In this document: positions 19,504-28,823 of the stretch, in pieces
Position numbering within the stretch: position 1 is the first letter of the stretch
Layout: each line of letters begins with the position of its first letter
Assembly: GCA_964652895.1 (NCBI GenBank)
Contig: CAZZCH010000002.1
Span: forward strand, 14,910 to 78,909
Direction of reading: 5' to 3'
Source: an uncultured Eubacteriales bacterium
GTDB lineage: Bacteria > Acidobacteriota > Aminicenantia > Aminicenantales > Saccharicenantaceae
Length of the DNA: 64,000 nucleotides
Notes under the pieces: model-generated
Told to the model about the DNA's origin: nothing
Databases searched by the model: none
Seen by the model: only the letters and a program-made list of their open reading frames with translations
Position numbers and translations under genes: made by a program

Positions 19504-22500
19504 TTCACCACCGGGAGAACGATGACGGTCTGGTTCAGGGTCGGAGCCGTGGCCGGGAAGTGGACGACCTGCCCGTCGGCATTCGCTTCGAGATAGTATT
19601 CGATACCGGCAGCGGGAGCGGGCAGCGTCAGGCGATAGACACCGCGGGCGACGTTCTCTAGAGGGACGGCCCGGAAAGCGCCCCGGCCCATCTCCCGCCA
19701 ATAGATCGCAACGGACTCCGGCCGGCCCTGGGCCAGGACGAGGACCTTGAGCGAAAGGGCTTCGCCGGCCTCGAGAGACGTGCGCACCGCGGGGACGGCG
19801 ATCCGCGGCGGCCCGGCATACTCCCGGGTCAGAAAGACTTCCGGCGGCAATTCCCCGCCCAGCATCTTTACGAGCTCGGCCTCCGGCCGCTCCCAGGCGC
19901 CGGGGAGGAGGTGCTGTTCCCAACTGGCGATCGTCCCAAGCTCACCCGTGTTGCTCACGGTGGCGAGAAGGTCGTCGAAGATTTCACGTAAGGCCGCGGC
20001 CATTCCGGCCCGGACCGGCAAGGCTTCGGCTTTGAGGATGGCGATTTTCGCCGGTTCCCCCACGGCCGCTTTCGCCTTCTCCACGGCCTTGTTGTAGACG
20101 GCCCAGAGGCAGTTGAAGCGGGCGACCTCGCGCATATAGCGGAAGTTCTGAAGCCAGTAATCAAAGCGCTCTCTATTCCCTATCCCCTCGACGCGCGGCC
20201 CGAGCACGGCCAGGTCGTCGACGAAAGCGTAGGCTGGCACGACCTCGTCCCACGGCCGGGGATCGGGCTGGATGTTGCCGGGTCCGCCGATCCAGGTGAC
20301 AGGGACGGGATGCCGGCCGTCGATGCGGGCGAATATCGCGGCGATCTCGGCGGCCGCCCCGGAGCCGAACTGCGCCCGGCTCCAGTCCAGATAGAGGTCG
20401 AGCGCGGGCAGATACCGCTCCGTCTCGGGTCCGTCCGCTTCATAATCGAGGACGGCCGGGCCGCCGCAATTGATCTTCTTGACGAAACCCTTCCCCGCGA
20501 CGACGATGGCGGCGACCGAGGGGTAATGGATGCGGTCGGCGAAATCGATGACCAGCCGCCCGTCGGCGACCTCGATATTCTCGAAAGTGAAGTCCAAGGC
20601 TTTGAACATTCCGGCCAGGGCGAAGATATCGAGGTTTTCGAGGACCTTCCGGCCCTGGATAAGAACATCGAACACGCGGCCCCGCGGCCTGTCGATCTCG
20701 CCTTCGACGAACTGGAGCGTCACGGAGTAGGTGCCGTTCGGGACGGGCAGATGATAGCCGAAGACGCGGTCGCGAACGTCCCTGTAGACGGCCGCACGGC
20801 CCCGGCCGGCGCCGGTGATCTCGTGGTCCTTGAACGCCACGTACTGGCCCGTGATCGGTCCGATGTCGTCGGCGACGCGTCCGGGCAGGGTGTTCCAGTT
20901 CTGGTCCCACGCGGCCCGGGCCAGTGACAGGACGTTCGCCGAGAGGATGCGCGTCCGCCAGTGGATGCCGAGGAGGCCGTCGCAGCCGTAGCGGAGGGCG
21001 TCGGCCGCGTCGCGGCGCATCCGGCCGGCCCAGAGCTGGGGCGAGGTGAGCGCGGGGTCGTCCTCCATCCAGGGGATGGCCCATAAGGACCGGCCCGAGA
21101 TCCTCGCAAAGCCGGGGTCGACGGGCGCCTTGCCGACCTCGCGATTGATACAGCTCATGGCCACGTCCTTCGGCAGGACCTGGTCGAAGAGCGTCCGGCT
21201 GGACGGCGGGCCAAGGACCCAGCCGCAAGTCGCCAGGCGGAACGACGGGGCCACGTCCCGCCAGGCTTCGATGCCCATGGCCAGGTCCGTGGTCACGGCG
21301 TCGATCGCTTCGGGGGAGGCGTCGTCCCAGGTCCAGCCTTCGTTCGTCCAGAACCAGAAATAATCGACGGGATAGGCCGCGGCGATCCGCTCGAACATCC
21401 CTTTGTAGAGGTCCTTGACGACGGCCGGGTCCTTGGGGTCCCGGCCGGAGTCGGCCAATCGCTTTTTGACCATGTCGGGGACCGTCAGAGCCGTCTCCGT
21501 TCCGACGCAGATCTTGACGCCGAGGCGCCGGGCCAGGGTGAAGGCGTTCCGGAAGACGGCGGCGGCCCGATCGAAAACTTCGTTCGAGGCTTCGGGCGTC
21601 GCCGGACCGGGACTGAAGCCGTCCATCACGTCGTTTCCGAAATCGTCGCGCTCGAAGAGAAGGCCCGCACCGAAGTGAAAATCGCCGGTCTTCCTGGCCT
21701 CGTAGCCCCAATTGCCGCGGGCCGTGTTCTGGTAGCTCGCGGGGTAGCTCGCAAGGACTTTTCCGTCCGCGCCGATATCGCCCTCCCGGCCGATCCAGAC
21801 CGTGGGCTCGGCGTTTGGGGTGGCGCCTTTTTCCTTGCTGGGATTCTCGGGGTAGGTGTGGAGGCCGAAGAAATTCATCCGCAGTTTCGGGAGCTGGCCC
21901 AGGATGGCCTTGTAGTTCTCGAGCGTCCACCAATCCGGACCCTCGGCGAAATCGTGGAAAGGCTGAATGCCGCGGACGGCGAAGAGCGGGTGGCCCGTTT
22001 CGTCGAGGTCAAGGCTGGGGTTTTCGACGATTCCGTCCGGGACGACGTCGCCCTCGAGGAAGAAACGGACGCCCAGCTTCTCAGCCAGCTGGTAGGCGCC
22101 GTAGAGGACGGCCGGGCCGCTGCCGCCGGCGACGAGGACGAGCTGCCCGGACCGGCGCGGGACCGTCTTCAGCCAGTAATCCTCGGGCCCGAGGGCGGCA
22201 AGCTTCGATGCGGCGACGGCGTCCTCCAGGCCTCGGGCGAACGTCCCCCCCTTTTCCAGGATGGCCACGGCGCCCGGCGGGATGCGGGAGAACGACGCCA
22301 CTTCCCGGAGGGCCGGGAGATCGCCCGTTCTCAGGTAAAAATAGCGACGGATCTCGGCCGCCGCCGCGCGCTCGTGCCAGGAAGCGTCCTTGGCGATGAC
22401 AACGTCGGGGCTCGGGCCCTTCCGGGCGCAGCCGGGCGAGGAGAGAATGGCGAGGGCGCTGGCCAAAAGGGCAAAGAGGACTCTGCCGTTCGATCGGTGT

Positions 22501-22505
22501 TTCAT
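19500..22505 (-). CDS. Secreted/lipoprotein-like putative glycoside hydrolase with a malectin-type carbohydrate-binding domain
   Basis: Start MKHRSNGRVLFALLASALAILSSPGC (signal peptide). TIM-barrel-like region (FFGLHTYPE, YFWFWTNEGW, LGIHWRT). Malectin-like segment (YSVTLQFVEGE...RVFDVLIQGRKVLENLDIF...IVVAG, INCGG). Confidence 0.55.
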   Translation of the reverse strand: MKHRSNGRVLFALLASALAILSSPGCARKGPSPDVVIAKDASWHERAAAAEIRRYFYLRTGDLPALREVASFSRIPPGAVAILEKGGTFARGLEDAVAASKLAALGPEDYWLKTVPRRSGQLVLVAGGSGPAVLYGAYQLAEKLGVRFFLEGDVVPDGIVENPSLDLDETGHPLFAVRGIQPFHDFAEGPDWWTLENYKAILGQLPKLRMNFFGLHTYPENPSKEKGATPNAEPTVWIGREGDIGADGKVLASYPASYQNTARGNWGYEARKTGDFHFGAGLLFERDDFGNDVMDGFSPGPATPEASNEVFDRAAAVFRNAFTLARRLGVKICVGTETALTVPDMVKKRLADSGRDPKDPAVVKDLYKGMFERIAAAYPVDYFWFWTNEGWTWDDASPEAIDAVTTDLAMGIEAWRDVAPSFRLATCGWVLGPPSSRTLFDQVLPKDVAMSCINREVGKAPVDPGFARISGRSLWAIPWMEDDPALTSPQLWAGRMRRDAADALRYGCDGLLGIHWRTRILSANVLSLARAAWDQNWNTLPGRVADDIGPITGQYVAFKDHEITGAGRGRAAVYRDVRDRVFGYHLPVPNGTYSVTLQFVEGEIDRPRGRVFDVLIQGRKVLENLDIFALAGMFKALDFTFENIEVADGRLVIDFADRIHYPSVAAIVVAGKGFVKKINCGGPAVLDYEADGPETERYLPALDLYLDWSRAQFGSGAAAEIAAIFARIDGRHPVPVTWIGGPGNIQPDPRPWDEVVPAYAFVDDLAVLGPRVEGIGNRERFDYWLQNFRYMREVARFNCLWAVYNKAVEKAKAAVGEPAKIAILKAEALPVRAGMAAALREIFDDLLATVSNTGELGTIASWEQHLLPGAWERPEAELVKMLGGELPPEVFLTREYAGPPRIAVPAVRTSLEAGEALSLKVLVLAQGRPESVAIYWREMGRGAFRAVPLENVARGVYRLTLPAPAAGIEYYLEANADGQVVHFPATAPTLNQTVIVLPVVK

Positions 22506-22614
22506 CCCAGGCACCTCGGTCCTTACTCCCCTCATTCTAATACAGGCGCGGCCGCATTTCAACGCGTGCTTAGGGCCGAGAATTTCCGCCGATCCTGACC
22601 GTCTATGTCAAGGA

Positions 22615-22663
22615 ATGAAGATCCGTGATATTATAAAGCTGCTCAAGGAAGAACAAATAATCC
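22615..22663 (+). pseudogene. hicA: hicA toxin remnant (only about 14-16 N-terminal codons, MKIRDIIKLLKEEQ...)
   Basis: AT-rich stretch directly 5' of hicB. Its translation starts like HicA (MK.R[DE].IK.L) but then runs out of frame across hicB. Confidence 0.35.
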
Positions 22664-22876
22664 ATGGCCAGATATCTCATCATCATCGAAAAAGCCGAGA
22701 AGAACTATTCGGCCTATTCTCCAGACCTTCCGGGATGCGTCGCTGCCGGGAAAACGCGGGCGACCGCCGAGAGCAACATGAAGAAGGCTATCGAAATGCA
22801 TATAAGGGGCCTTCGGCGTGACAATCAGCCGCTTCCGGAACCCCGGTCGATCGCCGAGTATGTCCAGGTCGGCTAG
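22664..22876 (+). CDS. hicB: HicB family antitoxin
   Basis: 70 aa. MARYLIIIEKAEKNYSAYSPDLPGCVAAGKTRATAESNMKKAIEMHI is a typical HicB N-terminal fold sequence. Confidence 0.8.
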   Translation: MARYLIIIEKAEKNYSAYSPDLPGCVAAGKTRATAESNMKKAIEMHIRGLRRDNQPLPEPRSIAEYVQVG

Positions 22877-22890
22877 GCCCCTTCAGACTG

Positions 22891-23967
22891 ATGACCACCC
22901 GGGAGCGATTCAACAGGGTCTTTCGCTGGGAGAAACCGGACCGCGTCCCGGACATGGAGTTCGGTTACTGGGACAAGACGATCGCCGTCTGGCACGAGCA
23001 GGGCTTGCCCCTCGACTGCCGGACGAACGAGGACGTCGAGCGTCACCTGGAACTCGAAGGGATCTCCATCATCCCGGAAGTGCCCATCCACAAGGGACTT
23101 TTTCCGGCCTTTGAGGAAAAAACAATCGAGCAGAGGGGCGAGCGGCGCGTCGTCCAGACCAAAGACGGGGCGCTCACCGAGATGCTCGACTACGATTCGT
23201 CCATGCCCAAGTTCCTCAAGTTCGCCGTCGAGACCCGGGCCGATTGGGAGAGGCTCCGCGACGAGCGGCTCGACCCCCGGCATCCCGGCCGAGTCGGCGA
23301 CGTCCCAACGGCAATCGTCGCGGCCCACGCCGCCGGCATGCCCATCCTCTTCCACTGCGGCTCTCTCTACGGCTGGCTCCGGGACTGGATGGGCCTCGAG
23401 AACCTGTCCATCGCCCTCATGACCGAACGGGACTGGGTCGAGGAGATGATGGAGCACGTCACCTTGATGGACCTCGAGTTCATCGAGGAGCACATCCCGG
23501 CGAACGGGGTCGACGTCGCCTGGTGGTGGGAGGACATGTGCTACAACCACGGCCCGCTCATGTCGCCCAGACTTTTCGAGGAACTTATGGTACCCCGCTA
23601 TAAGCGGATCACCGACGCCCTCCGGACGCGCGGCGTCGCCGTCAACGTCCTCGACTGCGACGGCCGGATCTACGACCTCGTCCCGGGCTGGCTCAGGGGC
23701 GGCATCAACTGCATGTTCCCCATCGAAGCCCTGCATACCGATCCCCTGCGGCTCCGGCGGGAATATGGCGATAGCGTGCTGTTGCTCGGCGGGGTCGACA
23801 AGATGGCCCTGATCGCCGGCAAGGACGCCATCGACCGGGAACTCGAGAAGCTCCACTCCCTCGTCGAACACGGCGGCTACCTCCCCTGCGTCGACCACCG
23901 CGTCCCGCCGGACGTCACTTACGAGAACTACCTCTATTACCTGGAAAAGAAAAAGGCGATCCTCTGA
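22891..23967 (+). CDS. Uroporphyrinogen decarboxylase (URO-D)/MtaA-like family protein, second paralogue
   Basis: 358 aa. N-terminus TRERFNRVFRWEKPDRVPDMEFGYW. URO-D-like pattern parallel to 13573-14832. Confidence 0.65.
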   Translation: MTTRERFNRVFRWEKPDRVPDMEFGYWDKTIAVWHEQGLPLDCRTNEDVERHLELEGISIIPEVPIHKGLFPAFEEKTIEQRGERRVVQTKDGALTEMLDYDSSMPKFLKFAVETRADWERLRDERLDPRHPGRVGDVPTAIVAAHAAGMPILFHCGSLYGWLRDWMGLENLSIALMTERDWVEEMMEHVTLMDLEFIEEHIPANGVDVAWWWEDMCYNHGPLMSPRLFEELMVPRYKRITDALRTRGVAVNVLDCDGRIYDLVPGWLRGGINCMFPIEALHTDPLRLRREYGDSVLLLGGVDKMALIAGKDAIDRELEKLHSLVEHGGYLPCVDHRVPPDVTYENYLYYLEKKKAIL

Positions 23968-23970
23968 CGT

Positions 23971-24339
23971 CTATTTGAATTTTGCTTCGCGCGGCCAGAC
24001 CTCGGCCGCGGGGCTGTCAAACTGCAGCAACTCGACGGGTGCTCCATTATCCACGATGAAGGCGACCATGATCCCTTCGGCCGGGCTGTTGGGCGCGATG
24101 AGGATCTCCTTGCCCGCGATGGCCGCCTGGAGATCGTCGACGACGAAGGCGACGTGCGGGACCGTCTTGACGAGTTCCGGAAGGGGGCAGTCCGGGTCGA
24201 ATTTCATCCATTCGATGCCATAGGGACTTTGCTCATAGCCCGAGGCGTATGTTTTGTACTCCGCGATATAGTCGGCCTCGGGAAGGGTCCGGTCCGTGGG
24301 GATGCCGACATGGTGATAGCGAAGTCGGGGCATGTTCAA
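23971..24339 (-). CDS. VOC (glyoxalase/bleomycin-resistance/dioxygenase) family protein
   Basis: 122 aa. LRYHHVGIPTD and VPHVAFVVDDL metal-ligand contexts. GGAGG RBS. Confidence 0.65.
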   Translation of the reverse strand: MNMPRLRYHHVGIPTDRTLPEADYIAEYKTYASGYEQSPYGIEWMKFDPDCPLPELVKTVPHVAFVVDDLQAAIAGKEILIAPNSPAEGIMVAFIVDNGAPVELLQFDSPAAEVWPREAKFK

Positions 24340-24664
24340 TCCTCCGCGCTCGATTAAGGGCTGGGCCAGGCCTGATGACCTGCAAATTTCGGGCCACGTG
24401 GGTATTATTGCGGCAATCGCCGGAGAATTGTCAATCCGGCGTCGATGTTTTGGAACACATTTTTATTCAATAAGATAGAGACACCCCAGGGACGCCTTCC
24501 CGGTCCGGGCAGGGCATTCCATCGCGTCGCTTCATAGGTCGAGCGGATTTCGCCGGGCGAGGGAATCCGGCTCGGCAAAAATATGTAAAGAATTTTTGCG
24601 CCCGCGAACTTCTCGGGCGCTCATTCCGTCTTTGATATTAGAAGGTTTCACCGGGAGTGATGCC

Positions 24665-27022
24665 ATGTTCAAAAATTACCTGACGATCGCCCTGAGAAAC
24701 ATCAAAAGGCATAAGGGATACTCCTTCATCAACATCGCCGGGCTGGCCGCCGGGATGGCCTGCTCCATCCTCATCCTCGCATGGGTCAGGGACGAGACGG
24801 GGACGAACCGGTTTCACGAAAAAGCGGATTCCCTGTACCTCGTCCGGACGACCCAGCACTACGGGAGCGACACAAGGACCGGGGATGGATCGGTTCCCGC
24901 CCTCGGCCCGGCCTTGAAGGCCGAATTCCCGGAGGTCCGCAATGCGGCCCGGGTCAACAATGGGCAGAGGCAATTCCTCGTCGAATACGGCGGAAAGCAG
25001 TTCAGGGAGCTCGTCCAGCCGGCCGACCCCCAGATCTTCGAGCTTTTTACGTTCCCGTTCGTGAAGGGGAACCTGGGGGATGTCCTTTCCGGCCCGGACG
25101 TCATCGTCCTCTCGGAAACCGCGGCGGGGCGGCTTTTCGGCCGCGAGGACCCCGTGGGGAAGATCCTGACGGTCGACAAGAAATACGATCTCCGCGTCGC
25201 CGCCGTCATGAAGGACATCCCCGGGAATTCGACCATCCGGTTCGAGATCTGGGTGCCCCTCGAGCTGACCCGGAAGATCAACTCGCGCCCGAACTACCTC
25301 GACACCTGGTACAACATGGCCTTCCGGACCTACCTGGAGATGGCCCCGGACACCGACATCCCCGCGTTCAACAAAAAGATCTTCAACCGCATCCGCCAAT
25401 CCCACGCCGCGACCATCCTCGAGCCCAGCGTTTACCCATTCAAGGACGTCTACCTGAAGGTCTGGGGCCGGGAGAAGGACGTCCGCGTTTTCTCTGCGAT
25501 CGGGTTCCTCATCCTGATTATCGCCTGCATCAATTTCATGAACCTGACCACGGCCCGGGCGGCCCGCCGTTCCCGTGAGGTCGGCCTGCGAAAGGTCGTC
25601 GGCGCCGAGCGCGGCCAGGTCATGAGACAATTCTTCGGGGAGTCGACGATCATCACCGGAGTATCCCTTGTCCTGGCCGTCGGCCTCGTCGGGCTCGTCC
25701 TGCCGGCATTCCGCGGCCTCACCGCCAAATCCCTCCTCTGGAAGGACCTCTTTAGGCCATCCCTCCTGGCCGGGATCTGCGGCATCGGCCTCCTTGCCGG
25801 ACTCCTAGCCGGGGTCTATCCGGCGGTCGTCCTGTCGTCTTTCCGGCCGGCGACCGTCCTGAAGGGGAACAAGGGTTCGGGTTCCAGTGGATCCTTCTTC
25901 CGCAAGAGCCTGGTCGTTCTCCAATTCGCCCTGACGAGCATGCTCATCGTCGGCACGGCCGTCATCTTCAGCCAGGTCCGGTTCATGAAGGCCAAGGGCC
26001 TGGGCTTCGACCGCGAACACCTGCTCTACCTGCCGGTCGAGGGCGCCATCGCCGCGAACATCGACGGCTTCAAGCAGGAACTGCTGCGCGTCCCCGGAGT
26101 CCGCAGCGCGTCGGCGACGACCCATTCGCCGACGGGGATCTACTCCAACGGCCAGGGTTTGAAATGGGAGGGCCGGAACTCGAACGTCGATCCGCTGGTG
26201 ACCTTTTTCGGCGTGGACTTCGACTTCCTCGAGACGTTCCAAATGACGCTCGCCCGGGGGGAGACGTTCAGGCCGAGCGCCGCGGCCAGGGCCTTCAACA
26301 TCATCATCAATGAACGCTTCGCCTCGATCATCGGCGCGCCCGACGTCATCGGCATGGGCCTGACCGGCAACGGGCTGAATACGCGGATCATCGGCGTCGT
26401 CAAGGACTTCCACTTCAAGCCCGTCGACACCGCGATCGAGCCCATCATGATTTTCTGCGACCCGACCTATCGCGCGTTCCAGGCCTACCGATACATGTTC
26501 GTCCGGCTCCATCCCGGCGACGTCCGCGCGACTATCGCCGAGATCGAGAAAACGTTCCACAGCCGAAATCCGGGGTTTCCGTTCGAATACCATTTCCTCG
26601 ACGACGACTACGACCGCCTCTACCGGGCGGTCGAACGGGAGATGGGCATCGTCCGCACTTTCGCCGGGCTGGCTATATTCATCTCCTGCCTGGGCCTCTT
26701 CGGCCTGGCGGCCTATACGGCCGAGCAGAGGACGAAGGAGATCGGCATCCGCAAGGTCCTGGGGGCCACGCTCTCCGGCATCGTCGTCCTCCTGTCGGGG
26801 GAATACGCCAAGTGGGTTCTCATCGCCAACGCCGTCGGTGGGCCCTTAGCGTATTTCCTGATGAGAAGCTGGCTGAGGGATTATGCCTACCGGGTCCCCC
26901 TGGGCTGGGGGATCTTCGCCCTATCGGCGGCGTCGACGCTCCTCATCGCCCAGGTCACCGTGAGTTGGCAGGCCGTCAGGGCGGCCCGGACGAAGTCCGT
27001 CGACACGCTGCGCTACGAATAG
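24665..27022 (+). CDS. Duplicated FtsX/MacB-type ABC permease (orphan, no adjacent ATPase)
   Basis: Start MFKNYLTIALRNIKRHKGYSFINIAGLA. Two FtsX 4-TM modules, each preceded by a periplasmic MacB_PCD-like domain. REIGIRKVLGA motif. Confidence 0.8.
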   Translation: MFKNYLTIALRNIKRHKGYSFINIAGLAAGMACSILILAWVRDETGTNRFHEKADSLYLVRTTQHYGSDTRTGDGSVPALGPALKAEFPEVRNAARVNNGQRQFLVEYGGKQFRELVQPADPQIFELFTFPFVKGNLGDVLSGPDVIVLSETAAGRLFGREDPVGKILTVDKKYDLRVAAVMKDIPGNSTIRFEIWVPLELTRKINSRPNYLDTWYNMAFRTYLEMAPDTDIPAFNKKIFNRIRQSHAATILEPSVYPFKDVYLKVWGREKDVRVFSAIGFLILIIACINFMNLTTARAARRSREVGLRKVVGAERGQVMRQFFGESTIITGVSLVLAVGLVGLVLPAFRGLTAKSLLWKDLFRPSLLAGICGIGLLAGLLAGVYPAVVLSSFRPATVLKGNKGSGSSGSFFRKSLVVLQFALTSMLIVGTAVIFSQVRFMKAKGLGFDREHLLYLPVEGAIAANIDGFKQELLRVPGVRSASATTHSPTGIYSNGQGLKWEGRNSNVDPLVTFFGVDFDFLETFQMTLARGETFRPSAAARAFNIIINERFASIIGAPDVIGMGLTGNGLNTRIIGVVKDFHFKPVDTAIEPIMIFCDPTYRAFQAYRYMFVRLHPGDVRATIAEIEKTFHSRNPGFPFEYHFLDDDYDRLYRAVEREMGIVRTFAGLAIFISCLGLFGLAAYTAEQRTKEIGIRKVLGATLSGIVVLLSGEYAKWVLIANAVGGPLAYFLMRSWLRDYAYRVPLGWGIFALSAASTLLIAQVTVSWQAVRAARTKSVDTLRYE

Positions 27023-27043
27023 CTAGGCCCGGCAGCTTCTCCG

Positions 27044-28726
27044 CTAGGCCTTGGCGACCCGCTCCAGCCGCTTCATGATCGAGAAAATGAAGGCGGCCGA
27101 GAGGAGGCAGGCCACGACCAGGATCGTCCAAACCGACCAGAGCGGCACCCGCATCCAGAACCAGGCCACGACCCCGACCAGGTTGCTGCCGATGGCCGTG
27201 GCCGCGAACCAGCCGCCCTGCATCAGGCCCTTGTACTTGGGCGGGGCGACGCGCGAGACGAACGAGATGCCGATCGGGCTGAGGAAGAGCTCGGCGATCG
27301 TCACCAGGAAGTAGGTCGACATCAGCCAGTAGACGGAGACCTGGGACCCGGCCGGGGCGACGAGGCCACCGAGGGCCCGGGGGCTAGGCAGGTTGAGCGA
27401 GGCGATGACGAGAATGGAGTAGGCCGCCGCCGTGATGAGCATGCCGATGCCGATCTTGCGCGGCGCCGACGGCTCCTTGCCCTTGCGGTTCAGCCAGCCG
27501 AAGATGCCAACGACGATGGGCGTCAGGGCGACGATGAAGAACGGATTGAAATGCTGGAAGCGCTGGGGCATGAAGGGATTGACGGCGTCGTAGCCGCTGT
27601 AGCGGAGAAAGGCCAGGACGCCGAAGCCGACGAACGAAAACGCACCGAGGATGCGGGCCAGACGCCCCGACGCTTTTCTGAGCAGGACGACCAGGCCGAC
27701 GAGGGCTAGGAAGACGGGAAGCAGTCCCGTCAGGTCAAACCACAGGTTGGTCGCTTTGCTGACGCTCGGAACGGTGTAGTCCCGGGCGAAAAACGTCATG
27801 GTCACGGCGCTCTGGTTAAAGGCCATCCAGAAAAAGATGACGACGAAGAAGACGAGGCCGAGGGCGACAAGCCGCTCGCGCGTTTGTTCCCGGGTCAACT
27901 CGACGACCTGGGACTTGAGGGCCTCGGACTTGGCCTTCTGGCGTTCGGTCAGATCGGCCAGCTTGTAGTGCTTGCGAAAGGCCCAGAAAACGGTCATGGA
28001 CAGGATGAGGCTGAGGCAGGCCACCCCGAACGCGAAGTGATAGGATTTGCTCAGGGTGTTGACGTAGGTTTCGGAGAATCCGCGCAGGGTGTCCGTGGTC
28101 ACGGACGGGTCCTGGCCTTGGGCGATCGTCAGATAGGAGGCGATGTCGGCCAGCTTGCCCTTGAGGAAATCGTTGGCCATGGCCGGGATACGGGCGTCGT
28201 AGACGAGATGGGCCTTGCGCAGGATTAAATTGGACACGGCTTCGGAGGCCGAGGGCGCGAACATGGCACCGACGTTGATGCCCATGTAGAAGATGTTGAA
28301 GGCCCGGTCGCGCATGGCCGAATACTTGGGGTCGTCGTAGAGGTTGCCGACGAGCACCTGGAGGTTGCCTTTGAACAGGCCCGTACCCAGGGCGATGACG
28401 GCCAGGGCGGCGACGATGAGGGGGAAACCGGTGTTCATCGCCGTCGGCAGGACCAGCATGACGTAGCCGATGAACATGACGATGATGCCCAGGCTGATCG
28501 TCCGGCCGTAGCCGAGGAAGCGGTCGGCCAGGAAGCCGCCGAGCAAAGGGAAAATGTAGACGCCGACCATGAAACTCGCGTACATGAAACCGGCCGCGGC
28601 GGCAGACATTCCGTACTTCGCCTGCATGAACAGGACGAAGATGCTGATCATCGTGTAAAAGCCGAAGCGCTCGCCCATGTTGGCGAAAAAGGCGACGAAC
28701 AGGCCCTTGGGATGTCCTTTAAACAT
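27044..28726 (-). CDS. POT/PTR2 family proton-dependent di-/tripeptide transporter
   Basis: 560 aa. N-terminus GHPKGLFVAFFANMGERFGFYTM and a 14-TM pattern. Confidence 0.9.
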   Translation of the reverse strand: MFKGHPKGLFVAFFANMGERFGFYTMISIFVLFMQAKYGMSAAAAGFMYASFMVGVYIFPLLGGFLADRFLGYGRTISLGIIVMFIGYVMLVLPTAMNTGFPLIVAALAVIALGTGLFKGNLQVLVGNLYDDPKYSAMRDRAFNIFYMGINVGAMFAPSASEAVSNLILRKAHLVYDARIPAMANDFLKGKLADIASYLTIAQGQDPSVTTDTLRGFSETYVNTLSKSYHFAFGVACLSLILSMTVFWAFRKHYKLADLTERQKAKSEALKSQVVELTREQTRERLVALGLVFFVVIFFWMAFNQSAVTMTFFARDYTVPSVSKATNLWFDLTGLLPVFLALVGLVVLLRKASGRLARILGAFSFVGFGVLAFLRYSGYDAVNPFMPQRFQHFNPFFIVALTPIVVGIFGWLNRKGKEPSAPRKIGIGMLITAAAYSILVIASLNLPSPRALGGLVAPAGSQVSVYWLMSTYFLVTIAELFLSPIGISFVSRVAPPKYKGLMQGGWFAATAIGSNLVGVVAWFWMRVPLWSVWTILVVACLLSAAFIFSIMKRLERVAKA

Positions 28727-28783
28727 GGCTCACCGTCCTGGGGAGGGATTTCGAGAATGCCCGGTCGCGTTCAAGGCGCGGGG

Positions 28784-28811
28784 ATTATAACAAAAATAAG
28801 GAAGGGGTCAA
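28784..28811 (-). promoter_or_regulatory. Sigma70-like promoter for the POT gene (TTGACC-16 nt-TATAAT), embedded in the upstream terminator
   Basis: On the minus strand, TTGACC is at 28811-28806 and TATAAT at 28789-28784 with a 16-nt spacer. About 58 nt upstream of the POT ATG. Confidence 0.4.
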
Positions 28812-28823
28812 ACTGACCCCTTC
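28789..28823 (-). terminator. Intrinsic terminator of the DUF853 gene
   Basis: Minus strand directly after the TAA reads GAAGGGGTCA-gtt-TGACCCCTTC. That is a 10-bp perfect stem followed by CTTATTTTTGTT. Confidence 0.7.

Noticed and set aside
19504-19923. N-terminal extension of the MlaE ORF, and similar extensions at 17701-17763, 18437-18466 and 22506-22562
   Set aside because: These extensions overlap upstream genes and have Arg/Pro/Gly-rich composition. Internal starts give canonical N-termini and ATGA-type coupling.
24340-24664. Possible small ORF (MTCKFRATWVLLRQSPENCQSGVDVLEHIFIQ) and hairpins in the 325-nt VOC/FtsX divergent region
   Set aside because: The ORF has no RBS and shows no sign of conservation that I can judge. 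The hairpins are short (7 bp) and unremarkable. The region is treated as an ordinary divergent promoter region.
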